From assembly GCA_024683675.1 (NCBI GenBank), contig JAIKYB010000074.1:680-64679 (forward strand): DNA of 64,000 nt, given 5' to 3'. Origin of the DNA: Treponema sp. GTDB taxonomy: Bacteria > Spirochaetota > Spirochaetia > Treponematales > Treponemataceae. The notes beneath the pieces were generated by a model. That model ran no database searches. It was not told the origin of the DNA and saw nothing but the letters and a program-made list of their open reading frames with translations. This document shows positions 18,627 through 28,670 of the stretch, piece by piece. Within the stretch, counting starts at the first letter, position 1. Every line of letters begins with the position of its first letter. The translations under genes and the position numbers were made by a program.

Positions 18627-19166
18627 TTATGCGCTTACTTTTACCTTATTGAATACAGCTTCCAGTTCTTCTACATTATGGCAGCGGGCTGTTTCAATTC
18701 CGGCAGCGTTGTAGAAAATGACTGTTGGAGAGGCAAAAATACCTTTCTTTGCAGCTTCTGAAAGACCATCTTTTGTATCAACATCAATTGAACGACCAGC
18801 CATATCCAGTTCTTCCATAAAAGCCTTTACAGGAGGACAGTTTGGACAAGTCTTTCTTGTATAAAGCTCATAAGTTACACTTTCAGTATCTGTTACAGGC
18901 TGAGCTTCCATTTTTGTCATTTTAGCAGGAGCAGAACAAGCACATGGTCCGTCGGCTTCTGTAATGTCATATTCTTTGCTTGCTTCAAGAGTGAACATTT
19001 TGCGCTGAGCAAATTCATCGCGCTTACCTTTGTTCCAGTGTTTTACAGCACGATAGTAGCCTACGATACGTGCGTAAACCTCTGTTTCAGTTCCATGAAC
19101 ATCATTGAGTGCAGCTTTTGTTGCTGCAATTTCTTCTTCAACCTGTGCAAGAGTTCTTTTTTCCAT
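18627..19166 (-). CDS. Stand-alone NrdD glycyl-radical domain fused to a glutaredoxin-like domain
   Basis: EVYARIVGYYRAVKHWNKGKRDEF is the NrdD RxxGY C-terminal signature; YTRKTCPNC and SPTVIF fit a Grx/NrdH-like fold; SD GGAGG. Confidence 0.88.
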   Translation of the reverse strand: MEKRTLAQVEEEIAATKAALNDVHGTETEVYARIVGYYRAVKHWNKGKRDEFAQRKMFTLEASKEYDITEADGPCACSAPAKMTKMEAQPVTDTESVTYELYTRKTCPNCPPVKAFMEELDMAGRSIDVDTKDGLSEAAKKGIFASPTVIFYNAAGIETARCHNVEELEAVFNKVKVSA

Positions 19167-19218
19167 AATTTTTCTTTCCTCCCTTTTATTATATCAATTA
19201 TTAACTTGATATCACCCA

Positions 19219-19253
19219 CCACTAAATATAGTGGATTTTATAGGTGATGTCAA
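19219..19253 (-). promoter_or_regulatory. sigma-70 promoter overlapped by an NrdR box
   Basis: TTGACA-17 nt-TATATT; palindrome CCACTAAATATAGTGG at 19219-19234. Confidence 0.8.
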
Positions 19254-19316
19254 TGTTACCGACACTAGAATTCTCGGCGTTAAGCTTAAAATTCTTTAAT
19301 TTCGGTAGCATTTTTT

Positions 19317-21434
19317 TTACGCTTTTTCTGATTCAGCAAGAATCTTTTCTTTTTCTGCTTCCAGCTTCTTAAGCTTGTCTTTAAGAGCCTTTTCTTTTTC
19401 TGCCTTACACTTTGGACATTCAAACTGCTGTCCAATTAAGTATCCGTGAATCTTACAGATAGAGTAGGTTGGCGAAATTGTAAAGAATGGAATGCGGTAT
19501 TTGCTTGCAATTGTGCGTACTAAATCTGCACAAGACTTCCAGTCTTTTAAGGCTTCTCCCATAAATACATGGAACATTGTTCCACCAGTATACTTTGTCT
19601 GCAGAGCTTCCTGATGGTCCAGAGCTTCAAATACATCAGCTGTATAATCAACTGGAAGCTGTGAAGAGTTTGTATAGAATGGTTCTGTAGTTCCGCTTGT
19701 AATGATATCAGGGAACTGCTCTTTGTCATGGCGGGCAAGACGGTAAGAGGTAGATTCAGCTGGAGTTGCTTCAAGATTGAAGAGGTCTCCTGTTTCTTCC
19801 TGATAATCCTGCATCTTTTCACGCATATGCTGAAGAACTTTTTCTGCAAAAGCTTTTCCTTTAGGATTTGTAATATCAACTCCAAGGAAGTTCATACAGC
19901 ATTCGTTCATTCCACATAAACCGATTGTGTTAAAGTGGTTTACAAGAGTTTTGAGGTAACGGCGTGTGTAAGGGAAGAGACCACCATCATAAAGCTTCTG
20001 GATAACCTTACGTTTTGTACAAAGGCTTTCCTTGGCAAGCTCCATAAGATAATCAAGTCTCTTAAAGAATTCAGTTTCATTTTTTGCAAGGTAACCAATC
20101 TGTGGAAGATTGATTGTAACTACACCGATAGAGCCTGTAAATTCATCTGCTCCAAAAAGACCACCACCTCGGCGGCGAAGCTCTCTTTTATCAAGCTGGA
20201 GTCGGCAGCACATTGAGCGTACATCACTAGGATTCAAATCAGAATTGACGAAGTTCTGGAAGTTTGGTGTTCCGTATTGGGCTGTCATTGTAAAGAGCAG
20301 CTTGGCATTTTCAGAATTCCAGTCAAAATCTCTTGTGATATTATAGGTTGGAATAGGGTAAGCAAAACCACGTCCGTTTGCATCACCTTCAATCATCAGT
20401 TCAATGAATACCTTATTAATCATATCCATTTCTTTCTGACAATCGCCGTAGGTAAAATCCTGTTCCTTTCCGCCTACTATTGCTTTTTTGTTCTTCAAGT
20501 CATCAGGACATACCCAGTCCAGGGTGATGTTTGTAAATGGAGCCTGAGACCCCCATCGGCTAGGTGTATTTACTCCGTAGATATAACTTTGAATACACTG
20601 ACGAACCTGTTTTTCATTAAGCTTGTCTGTGCGAATAAAAGGAGCAAGATAGGTGTCGAAGGAAGAAAATGCCTGTGCACCTGCCCATTCATTCTGCATT
20701 ATACCAAGGAAGTTTACAATCTGATTTACAAGTGTTGAAAGATGTGTTGCTGGAGTAGAGGTAATTTTGTCAGGAACTCCACCAAGTCCTTCCTGAATCA
20801 GCTGACGGAGTGACCAACCGGCACAATAGCCTGAAAACATAGAAAGGTCATGAATATGGAAGGCAGCTGTTTTGTGTGCTTCTGAAACTTCTTTTGAATA
20901 AATATTATTCAACCAGTAGTTTGCTGTAATTGCACCTGAGTTATGAAGGATGAGTCCTCCAAGCGAGAAGTTTACATTAGCATTTTCATTTACACGCCAG
21001 TCGCTCTGAGCAAGGTAGCCGTCCATTGTTTTATTGATATCAATCATCAGGCTCTTTGCATCGCGTACTGCTTCGTGTCGGGCTCGGTAAAGAATATAAG
21101 CCTTTGCGATTTCAACTTCTTTGTTTTCGATAAGAACACTTTCTACAATATCCTGGATTTCTTCGATAGCAGGAATGGAATGTGCTCTGTTTCCAGCCAA
21201 CTGCAGACGGAGTTTTTCTTCTACAAGATCTGTAAGTTCAGAGGCTTTATCAGGATTTTTCTGTTTTTCAACAGCATCAATTGCTTTTCCGATTGCAATC
21301 TCGATTTTAGATCTGTCATAATCAGCAATTTCGCCGGATCTTTTAACAACAGATTTAATGAATCCTTTTGTTTCCTCGTCTGAACTAGAACCCAGGAAGC
21401 TTTTCCATTCTGGAAAGATAGACTGTTCACTCAT
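19317..21434 (-). CDS. nrdD: Class III ribonucleoside-triphosphate reductase large subunit, lacking the Gly-radical loop
   Basis: ATP cone (VVKRSG), HIHDL, GYC, SMCCRL, NLEATPAES, YTNSS, CxxH...CxxC; no RxxGY motif. Confidence 0.95.
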   Translation of the reverse strand: MSEQSIFPEWKSFLGSSSDEETKGFIKSVVKRSGEIADYDRSKIEIAIGKAIDAVEKQKNPDKASELTDLVEEKLRLQLAGNRAHSIPAIEEIQDIVESVLIENKEVEIAKAYILYRARHEAVRDAKSLMIDINKTMDGYLAQSDWRVNENANVNFSLGGLILHNSGAITANYWLNNIYSKEVSEAHKTAAFHIHDLSMFSGYCAGWSLRQLIQEGLGGVPDKITSTPATHLSTLVNQIVNFLGIMQNEWAGAQAFSSFDTYLAPFIRTDKLNEKQVRQCIQSYIYGVNTPSRWGSQAPFTNITLDWVCPDDLKNKKAIVGGKEQDFTYGDCQKEMDMINKVFIELMIEGDANGRGFAYPIPTYNITRDFDWNSENAKLLFTMTAQYGTPNFQNFVNSDLNPSDVRSMCCRLQLDKRELRRRGGGLFGADEFTGSIGVVTINLPQIGYLAKNETEFFKRLDYLMELAKESLCTKRKVIQKLYDGGLFPYTRRYLKTLVNHFNTIGLCGMNECCMNFLGVDITNPKGKAFAEKVLQHMREKMQDYQEETGDLFNLEATPAESTSYRLARHDKEQFPDIITSGTTEPFYTNSSQLPVDYTADVFEALDHQEALQTKYTGGTMFHVFMGEALKDWKSCADLVRTIASKYRIPFFTISPTYSICKIHGYLIGQQFECPKCKAEKEKALKDKLKKLEAEKEKILAESEKA

Positions 21435-21897
21435 TTTTTCCCCTCTTTTCTATATCTTTTACTTCTTTTATGAATTCATCTAAGGTTTCAAAGTGCCTGT
21501 AAACAGATGCAAATCTGATATAAGACACCTTATCGATGTTGTAGAGCTTTTCAAGAACAAGCTCACCAAGCTGAGTAGTTGTAATTTCTCGTGATTCTTT
21601 TCCCTGTTTAATTGCAAGGTCTTCTATGTCGTTAGAAAGCTGTTCTACCATGCTTGTTGAAACAGGACGTTTTTCGAGAGCGCGTTCAATACCTTTTTCA
21701 AGCTTTTGGCGGTCAAAAGGCTGTCGGCGACCATCTCTTTTTACAACCATAAAAGGCTTTTCATCAATACGCTCATAACTGGTGAATCTATAACCACAGG
21801 AAAGACATTCTCTGCGGCGGCGGATACTTTCACCGTTTACCATAGTTCGAGATTCAAGGACTTTATCGTCTAAATTTCCGCAATAAGGACAGCGCAT
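21427..21897 (-). CDS. nrdR: Transcriptional repressor NrdR
   Basis: MRCPYC...IRRRRECLSC..RFTSYER, ATP cone, YIRFASVY. Confidence 0.97.
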   Translation of the reverse strand: MRCPYCGNLDDKVLESRTMVNGESIRRRRECLSCGYRFTSYERIDEKPFMVVKRDGRRQPFDRQKLEKGIERALEKRPVSTSMVEQLSNDIEDLAIKQGKESREITTTQLGELVLEKLYNIDKVSYIRFASVYRHFETLDEFIKEVKDIEKRGKNE

Positions 21898-21948
21898 TTA
21901 TTTACCTTTTTGTTCTAGTGTTATTTGTATTTACTAATTTATATTATT

Positions 21949-21964
21949 ACACTATATATAGTTG
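21949..21964. promoter_or_regulatory. NrdR box upstream of nrdR-nrdD
   Basis: ACACTATATATAGTTG, next to a TTGAAA -35 element on the minus strand. Confidence 0.75.
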
Positions 21965-22067
21965 TTTCAAGCGAATTTTTCCTAAAAAGTGCAAATTTTT
22001 TAAAACTATTTTTCTTGACAAAAAAAAATTCTGTGCTTTGGTGAAAATAAAAATGCTCTGCTCTTGA

Positions 22068-23870
22068 CTATTTTTTATTTTTAGAATTCTTCTTTTTATG
22101 TTTTTTTGATTTTGACTTGATTTTTCTTGCAGACGGAATGTAATCAGACTGGCAGAAGGTAAAAATACTGTAAGTCATATAAATCAGGAAGGAAATAATG
22201 AGGCAGTAAGGGAACCAGTTTCCTAAACGGGCATAGCAGGTCATTGTTCTTTTGTAAACCGGAATATCTGCAGCAAGGGCTTTTTCTGTAAATAGAGGCA
22301 TTTCTTCTATAATTCTTCCTGCAGGATCTACAACTACTGAATAACCGGCATTTGCACAGCGAACAAGGGTTGTTCTATATTCTATGGCTCTGTAAGAAGC
22401 AATTACAAAATGCTGAATTTCGCTTGAATTTTTCAGGGACCAGGAATCATCGGTTATATTCATAAATAATTCAGCACCATTTAAAAAGAGAGGTCTCATT
22501 ATATCTGTAAAGGCATCGTCAAAACAAATAGGAGTACAGATTCTTACCTTTTCTCTTTGTCTTTCTTCTTTTTCCTGTTCTGCATAATCCTGGCTTATAT
22601 CAATATTTTTTACAGCGGGAAGTCTGTAATTTTCTGTTCTGGAGCAGGGGATATCAAAATAAACATACTGATCTCCTGGGGTCCAGCCTGCAGAAATGCC
22701 CACAACCTTTTTGAGAAAGTTACTGACAGCAGGTATTTCAGAGAAAGGTATAACTTCTGCAAATGGAACCAGATGATTTTTTGCATAATAGCCCCGGAAA
22801 TTTCCTTCCTTATCAAAAATAAGGGCCGCATTATTTATTTGACGCTTGTCTGCATTTTTTACATAAGAGCCGCCTGAAAGCAGGGGAACCTTATTTTCCT
22901 CTATAAAGCTTATTAAAGGTTTTTCATGTGGAAATTTCTTGTAATGACTTCGCCCATAAGGAAAGGCTTTTGTTAATACGCCTTCACTCCAGACTATTAA
23001 ATCAGCCTTTTTTTTCTCTTCCTTTAGTTCTTTAAGTTTTTCCTCTGTAAGTCTTTCTGAAGTCAAAATTGCCTGATTATCATTTGTCATTTTCCAGGGG
23101 TCGGCATTTTGCTGAACCAATACTGTGGAAAGAGATTTTATAGGCTTTCTTGGTATAGAAAGTTCAACCAGGCCGTAAAGTAAAATTGCAGCAAGACAAA
23201 TCAGGCTAAAGCTTGAAGTAATTTGTAAATCAAAGGCTCTATGACTTTTATCTTTATCTGTTCTGCTTGTGTCATAACAATAAACAAGGGCTTCTGCAAG
23301 GAAAGCATTAATCATTACTATAAAGAAGGTAATTCCATAGGTTCCTGTTATGGCTGAAAGCTGCATAATTACTGGCCACCTGAACATTGCAGAAGAAACT
23401 GTTCCCCAGGGATAACCTAAGAAGCCGGAGGATTTTACCCATTCATAAATTGTGTAAAGGGCTGCAAAATATATAATCCTGAAATATGGCCTTAGAAAGA
23501 AGCCTGAAAGTGCAGATGATTGATTGAGTTTGTTATGAGCCTTTGAAGAGGCAAAAGGAAGATAATAAAGGAAGCCCATAAAGCCGCCGATAAAACCTGT
23601 TCCAAGAGCCGAAGCTCCCAGAGTAAAGATTGCAAAATCTTTAAAATAGGCTAACCAAAAGCTGGAAATAAGATGAGTTGTTATTGCCTGTGTAAAGGAA
23701 AGCCAGAAGGCCTCTTTATAGGATTTTATACGGTAAAAGCAGAGATAAAATGGAATGAAAGCAATCAGGGTAAAAAAAGGGGCTCCAAAAGAATAGATTT
23801 CGTTCGGTATTGCAGCTGCAAGACAGGCCCCGGAAAAAACTGAATAAAAAACTTGTAAAATCACTTCCAT
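22068..23870 (-). CDS. lnt: Apolipoprotein N-acyltransferase
   Basis: Multiple TM helices, GYPW, WSE, K.HLVPFAE, ICFD, RAIE. Confidence 0.93.
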   Translation of the reverse strand: MEVILQVFYSVFSGACLAAAIPNEIYSFGAPFFTLIAFIPFYLCFYRIKSYKEAFWLSFTQAITTHLISSFWLAYFKDFAIFTLGASALGTGFIGGFMGFLYYLPFASSKAHNKLNQSSALSGFFLRPYFRIIYFAALYTIYEWVKSSGFLGYPWGTVSSAMFRWPVIMQLSAITGTYGITFFIVMINAFLAEALVYCYDTSRTDKDKSHRAFDLQITSSFSLICLAAILLYGLVELSIPRKPIKSLSTVLVQQNADPWKMTNDNQAILTSERLTEEKLKELKEEKKKADLIVWSEGVLTKAFPYGRSHYKKFPHEKPLISFIEENKVPLLSGGSYVKNADKRQINNAALIFDKEGNFRGYYAKNHLVPFAEVIPFSEIPAVSNFLKKVVGISAGWTPGDQYVYFDIPCSRTENYRLPAVKNIDISQDYAEQEKEERQREKVRICTPICFDDAFTDIMRPLFLNGAELFMNITDDSWSLKNSSEIQHFVIASYRAIEYRTTLVRCANAGYSVVVDPAGRIIEEMPLFTEKALAADIPVYKRTMTCYARLGNWFPYCLIISFLIYMTYSIFTFCQSDYIPSARKIKSKSKKHKKKNSKNKK

Positions 23871-23943
23871 TATATTATTATTTTAACTATATACTTACGA
23901 AAAATTCAAGATAAAAAAGGGATATTCGGAGGGGACTTGGGTT

Positions 23944-25125
23944 ATGAAACTAATTAATGACTCCCATCAGAACGAGTATGAAGTAAAACCTGATATAGTT
24001 GCAAAAGCTCCCGGACGCTTTCATCTTATCGGAGAACATTCCTGGTTTTTTAAGGATAAAACACTTTCAATGGCAGTTAATATGCCTGTCTATGTTGCCG
24101 TTTCTAAGAGAGAAGATTCTTCACTTAGATTTTACTTTACTCAGCTTAATGAAAGAAAGAAATCTAGTCTTACAGCATTAAAATTCAAGAAAGAAGACCG
24201 TTGGGCAAATGCACTGAAATCAGTTATTTATGGATTCACTTCTGCAGGCTTTACCTTATCCGGAATGGATGTAACAATTTACAGTGATATTCTTCCTTCT
24301 GCAGGCTTTGGTATTACTACAGCTATGAAGGTTGCCGAAGCGGTTGCTGTAAAGGCTTTATTTGAGCTTAATATATCTGACATGGAATTGCTTCAGGTCT
24401 TAGAAAGAGGAAACCGACGCTTTTTACAGACTGAAAACTATTCGGCAGATAACTGTACTGCTTTATTTGCAAAAAAAGGAAATCTTTTTATAACCGATTA
24501 CTTCAAAAATAAGTGGGATTATGTTCCCTATACCTTTGAAGATAAAAAATTATTCCTTGTTGATACAAAGGTTCCTCGTATTTCTGTATGGAATGAAATG
24601 TCCCTTTACGAGCCTCAGAATGCATTGCTGCTTGGAGACTTAAGGGATCAGAAGCCTAATGTTTATGGCGGATGGAAATATATAGACAATGTTACAGACA
24701 TTAATGAAGAGCTTTCTGTTGTAAGTGAAGATGTTCACCGTAAGCTTACTGCTATAATCAGGGAGCATGGTGATGTACTTGAAGCAAGAGAAGGACTTGA
24801 AAAGGTGGATTTCTTTAAGTTTGCCCGTGCTGTAAATCATAGTCATGAAACAATGAGGGATATGTTTAATATTTCTTGTCCTGAAATTGACTGGATCTTA
24901 AAACGTGTAAATGAACTTGAACCAAATCTTGACTTTGTAAGAAATCCTGTAACCTGTGGAAGAATTACAGGAAAGGGCTTTGGTCGTTGTCTTTATGCCT
25001 TTATGCGACAGAGTGATGAAGAAAAGTTCATGGAAAAGATTGCTGAATTTGAAAAAATATTTGGCTTTCATCCTCTTGTTTATCCTGTTGAAACTGCAGA
25101 TGGTGCATGTATTGTGAGGGATTAG
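23944..25125 (+). CDS. Galactokinase-like GHMP kinase with altered motifs
   Basis: APGRFHLIGEH, LPSAGFG, SH..MRD.F.ISCPEID, GRITGKGFGRC. Confidence 0.75.
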   Translation: MKLINDSHQNEYEVKPDIVAKAPGRFHLIGEHSWFFKDKTLSMAVNMPVYVAVSKREDSSLRFYFTQLNERKKSSLTALKFKKEDRWANALKSVIYGFTSAGFTLSGMDVTIYSDILPSAGFGITTAMKVAEAVAVKALFELNISDMELLQVLERGNRRFLQTENYSADNCTALFAKKGNLFITDYFKNKWDYVPYTFEDKKLFLVDTKVPRISVWNEMSLYEPQNALLLGDLRDQKPNVYGGWKYIDNVTDINEELSVVSEDVHRKLTAIIREHGDVLEAREGLEKVDFFKFARAVNHSHETMRDMFNISCPEIDWILKRVNELEPNLDFVRNPVTCGRITGKGFGRCLYAFMRQSDEEKFMEKIAEFEKIFGFHPLVYPVETADGACIVRD

Positions 25126-25126
25126 A

Positions 25127-25888
25127 ATGAATGTTCTGATTGTGAACGATGATGGTATTGAAAGTGAAGGTCTTCGTATCCTGGCAGAAAGAGTTTCAAA
25201 GCATCATCAGGTATATGTTCTTGCGCCAGATTCAAATCGTTCAGCAACCTCTCATCATGTAGTAATGTTTCAGGATTTAGAGCTTAAGAAGTATAAAAAA
25301 AATTACTGGAGCACTTCTGGTATGCCTGCTGACTGTGCTTGTATAGGTATAAGAAGTGGGCTATTTGACGTAAAATTTGATGTTGTTCTTTCCGGCATAA
25401 ATTGCGGGGCTAATATTGGAACTGACATTATTTTTTCGGGAACCTGTGCAGGAGCCAGACAGGCGGTTTTGAATGGAATCCCGGGAATTGCAGTAAGCCT
25501 TGATCCTATAGATTGGAATAAGGCTCATAAAGAAGGCTTTAAATATGTAGCTCTTGCTGATTTTGTCGTTGCAAATCTTCAAGAACTTGCTTTACTTTCA
25601 TCAGAAAAATATCCGGGAACCTTTGTAAATATAAATGCAGCCTCAGAAGATTCCTATAAGGGAGTAAAGTTTGCCAATAATCTCTTAAAGAGACGCTATA
25701 ACGAAAATATAGAAATTTTGGAAAAAGAATCCGGAGTTTTTTCTCATTTTAAGCCTTCAAATTCAAATGAGGAATATAAGGGAGACACGGATTATTCAGC
25801 AGTGAGGGAAGGTTATATTGCTATAAGCTGCCTTTATGCGGAGCCGGTGGCTGCTCATGTAGTGGACGGTATTTCGTTTAAAGTGTAA
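25127..25888 (+). CDS. surE: 5'/3'-nucleotidase SurE
   Basis: NDDG, GMPADC, SGIN.GAN.G, SGT. Confidence 0.95.
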   Translation: MNVLIVNDDGIESEGLRILAERVSKHHQVYVLAPDSNRSATSHHVVMFQDLELKKYKKNYWSTSGMPADCACIGIRSGLFDVKFDVVLSGINCGANIGTDIIFSGTCAGARQAVLNGIPGIAVSLDPIDWNKAHKEGFKYVALADFVVANLQELALLSSEKYPGTFVNINAASEDSYKGVKFANNLLKRRYNENIEILEKESGVFSHFKPSNSNEEYKGDTDYSAVREGYIAISCLYAEPVAAHVVDGISFKV

Positions 25889-25916
25889 AATACTTACATA
25901 ATCTGGTGGTGGGAAA

Positions 25917-26603
25917 GTGGCAGATAATTCAGTTTTAAGAGAAGGTATTAAGTTTTATTCGGACGGAAAGTTTGAAAAGGCACTTGGATTTTTCCTGGCC
26001 TTGCCTGCAGACTGCGGGGCCGATGTAAATGAAATTGCCTACTATCTTGGTCTCTGTAATACAAAGCTAAAAAAATACGATGATGCTCTTTTGTACCTTG
26101 AGCAGGTAGTTACCTCTGGTGTAAATCTGGAAAAAACTTTGCAGTGCCGCTTTCTTCTTGCAGTTATTTATGTAGAAACAGGAAGAAAACGTCTTGCTGA
26201 TTTTGAATTGAACAAGCTCTTGGACACTGGTTATATGACAGCTTCTGTATACGCGGCTATAGCCTTTATTGCCTGGGAACAGGATGATTTGAACCGCTGT
26301 CTTGATTTTTATGAAAAATCCCTTGAAAAGGACCCTGATAATATTTCTTCACTTAATGGTCTGGGCTATGTTTTAGCATGTCAGGACAAGGATTTAACAA
26401 AGGCTCTTACACTTTGTAAGCAGGCAGTTAAGCTTTCTCCTAATTCGGCTGCCTGCCTGGATTCTCTGGGCTGGGTTTATTATAAAATGGGGCTTTATGA
26501 TGATTCTCTGCAGTATTTAAGACAGGCAGAGCAGATTGATACTTCAAGTGTAGAAATCGCCGACCACATACAATCTGTATTACAAAAAACGAGGCACTAC
26601 TAG
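25917..26603 (+). CDS. TPR protein
   Basis: Repeated TPR helices (LNGLGY, DSLGWVYYKMG). Confidence 0.85.
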   Translation: MADNSVLREGIKFYSDGKFEKALGFFLALPADCGADVNEIAYYLGLCNTKLKKYDDALLYLEQVVTSGVNLEKTLQCRFLLAVIYVETGRKRLADFELNKLLDTGYMTASVYAAIAFIAWEQDDLNRCLDFYEKSLEKDPDNISSLNGLGYVLACQDKDLTKALTLCKQAVKLSPNSAACLDSLGWVYYKMGLYDDSLQYLRQAEQIDTSSVEIADHIQSVLQKTRHY

Positions 26604-28670
26604 ATGAAAAAAGTTATTGCAACACTTTCCATAGCCTTAATGCTTTTCTCTTCGCTTTTTGCTCAAAATACAACAGATAATGCCGGTCTTAAAGTTCCTG
26701 AAGACAGAATCCGTACTGGAAATGAAGGTTTTGCTTCGGAAGAATTCCGACGTGGTGTACAAGCTTATTATAGATGTGCCTTCAATGACGCCATAGTTCA
26801 GTTTGAAAGAGCTCTTACTTATATGCCGGATGATAATTTGATTTTGGAATGGTTGGGTAAGGCTTATTATAAATCCGGACTGGAAGGTTCGGCATTAAGT
26901 TACTGGCAGACTGCCAGTGATAATGGTTATGGTGGACTTTTACTTGAAAATAAAATAGAAATTGTAAGGGAAAGACGTGTTACCGGAGATTCAACTGACA
27001 AGCTTCTGAGACTTTCCGAAGCCGGGGCCTTTCCTGGAGAATTTAATGGAAATCTGATTTTTAGTGGCCCTGTTTCTGTACTTACCAATTATGACGGAAC
27101 CATGTGGGTAGCAGCTTATAATTCTAATGAACTGCTTTTACTTAATCAGAATGGAATTGTAATTAACAGGGTTACGGGGCCTCTTAATGGCTTTGACCGC
27201 CCAAGTGATATAATCAGATTAAATGACGGAAATATTCTGGTAGCTGAACATGCCGGGGACAGACTTGCTCTGCTTTCTTCAAATGCCACTTTTATAAAAT
27301 ACATTGGTTCAAAGGGAAGGGGAAATGGCCAAATGGTTGGTCCTCTCTATCTGGCTCAGGATTATCTTGACCGAATCTATACCAGTGATTACGGAAACCG
27401 CCGTATAGATGTTTTTGATTCAGAAGGGGAGCCTCTGTTTTCTTTTGGGGGAAAGCAGGGAACTTTTCCTGGACTTAAAGGTCCAACAGGAATAATCATA
27501 ATTGATGAATCTGTATTTGTTGCAGATGATCAAACAGGTTGTATTTACGAATTTGACCGGGCTGGTAACTATATCAGGGAATTGGTAGAAGAGGGAACCT
27601 TTGTAAAACCAGAGGGAATGCGCTTATTAAATGGTTCAATTGTTATTTGCGATGCTAACCGTTTGCTTTCTGTAAATCAGGAAACCGGGGCTACCTTTGA
27701 ATATGCAAGAACAGGAAATGCCCCTTCAAGAATTACGGTTGCTCAGGCAGATGTGAACGGAAATGTTGTTGTTTCCGATTTTACTGCTAATGAAATCTAT
27801 ATGATGTCTAAGGTTCAGGAACTGGTAGGAGGATTTTTTGTTCAGATTGAACAGCTGGATGCTTCACAATTTCCTCAAATTACAGTTGAACTTAGGGTAG
27901 AAAACAGGCACAGACAGCCTGTGGTTGGCCTTCAGCAGGAAAATTTCTATCTTTCAGAAAAGCAACAGCCTGTTGTAAATCTAAAGCTGCTTGGTGCCGC
28001 TTCAAACAACACCGAAGCTGATATTACAATCGTTATAGACCGCTCTAAAACAAGTCTCTTATACAAAGCAGAAATGGAAGCTGCTGTAAAGGAAATTGTT
28101 GCTTCGATGAATGGAATGGGTGTGCTTAGAATTGTTTCTGCAGGTGCTGTTCCTGTAACAGAATATGTTGGCCGCCCAGATATGCTTGGTGATTTTTCAA
28201 TTGACGGCTTAAAGAATCCTGCGGCTGCGACTATTTCGGAAGATTTAGCCTTACGTCTTGCTTCAAATGACCTGGTAACTGCTGCAAAAAAACGCTCAAT
28301 AATTTTAATTAGCGCTGGCGGCAGCAATGACATTTCCTTTAATCAGTATAATCTTGCAGAGCTTACCGCCTATATGAATAATAACTCTATCGGCTGCTCT
28401 GTGATTCAGGTAAATCAAAATGCCCTTCCACAAGAGCTGGCCTACATTGTAGATAATACTGCCGGGGATGAATATTATGTTTATCGTCCTCAGGGCCTTG
28501 GAAATGTTGTAAAGGATATTATCGAAAATCCTCAGGGAATATATCAGTTATCCTTTACTTCTTCTCTGCAGAAAAATTACGGTTTAACTTATCTTCCTCT
28601 GGAAGCAGAGGTTTATCTTTTGAACCGAAGCGGACGTGACGAAACAGGTTATTTTGCCCCTCTTGAATAG
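26604..28670 (+). CDS. Exported TPR / NHL beta-propeller / vWA-like protein
   Basis: Signal peptide, TPR, NHL repeats (G.G.GQ..GP, IYTSDYGNRRI.VFD), IVIDRS vWA-like segment. Confidence 0.8.
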   Translation: MKKVIATLSIALMLFSSLFAQNTTDNAGLKVPEDRIRTGNEGFASEEFRRGVQAYYRCAFNDAIVQFERALTYMPDDNLILEWLGKAYYKSGLEGSALSYWQTASDNGYGGLLLENKIEIVRERRVTGDSTDKLLRLSEAGAFPGEFNGNLIFSGPVSVLTNYDGTMWVAAYNSNELLLLNQNGIVINRVTGPLNGFDRPSDIIRLNDGNILVAEHAGDRLALLSSNATFIKYIGSKGRGNGQMVGPLYLAQDYLDRIYTSDYGNRRIDVFDSEGEPLFSFGGKQGTFPGLKGPTGIIIIDESVFVADDQTGCIYEFDRAGNYIRELVEEGTFVKPEGMRLLNGSIVICDANRLLSVNQETGATFEYARTGNAPSRITVAQADVNGNVVVSDFTANEIYMMSKVQELVGGFFVQIEQLDASQFPQITVELRVENRHRQPVVGLQQENFYLSEKQQPVVNLKLLGAASNNTEADITIVIDRSKTSLLYKAEMEAAVKEIVASMNGMGVLRIVSAGAVPVTEYVGRPDMLGDFSIDGLKNPAAATISEDLALRLASNDLVTAAKKRSIILISAGGSNDISFNQYNLAELTAYMNNNSIGCSVIQVNQNALPQELAYIVDNTAGDEYYVYRPQGLGNVVKDIIENPQGIYQLSFTSSLQKNYGLTYLPLEAEVYLLNRSGRDETGYFAPLE

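Noticed and set aside
19262-19277. Second NrdR box ACACTAGAATTCTCGG
   Set aside because: Only one half-site matches
19167-19316. nrdD split as a frameshift, pseudogene or intron
   Set aside because: The 150-nt gap has its own promoter, NrdR box and SD, both chains carry extra terminal helices, and no intron or intein features are visible
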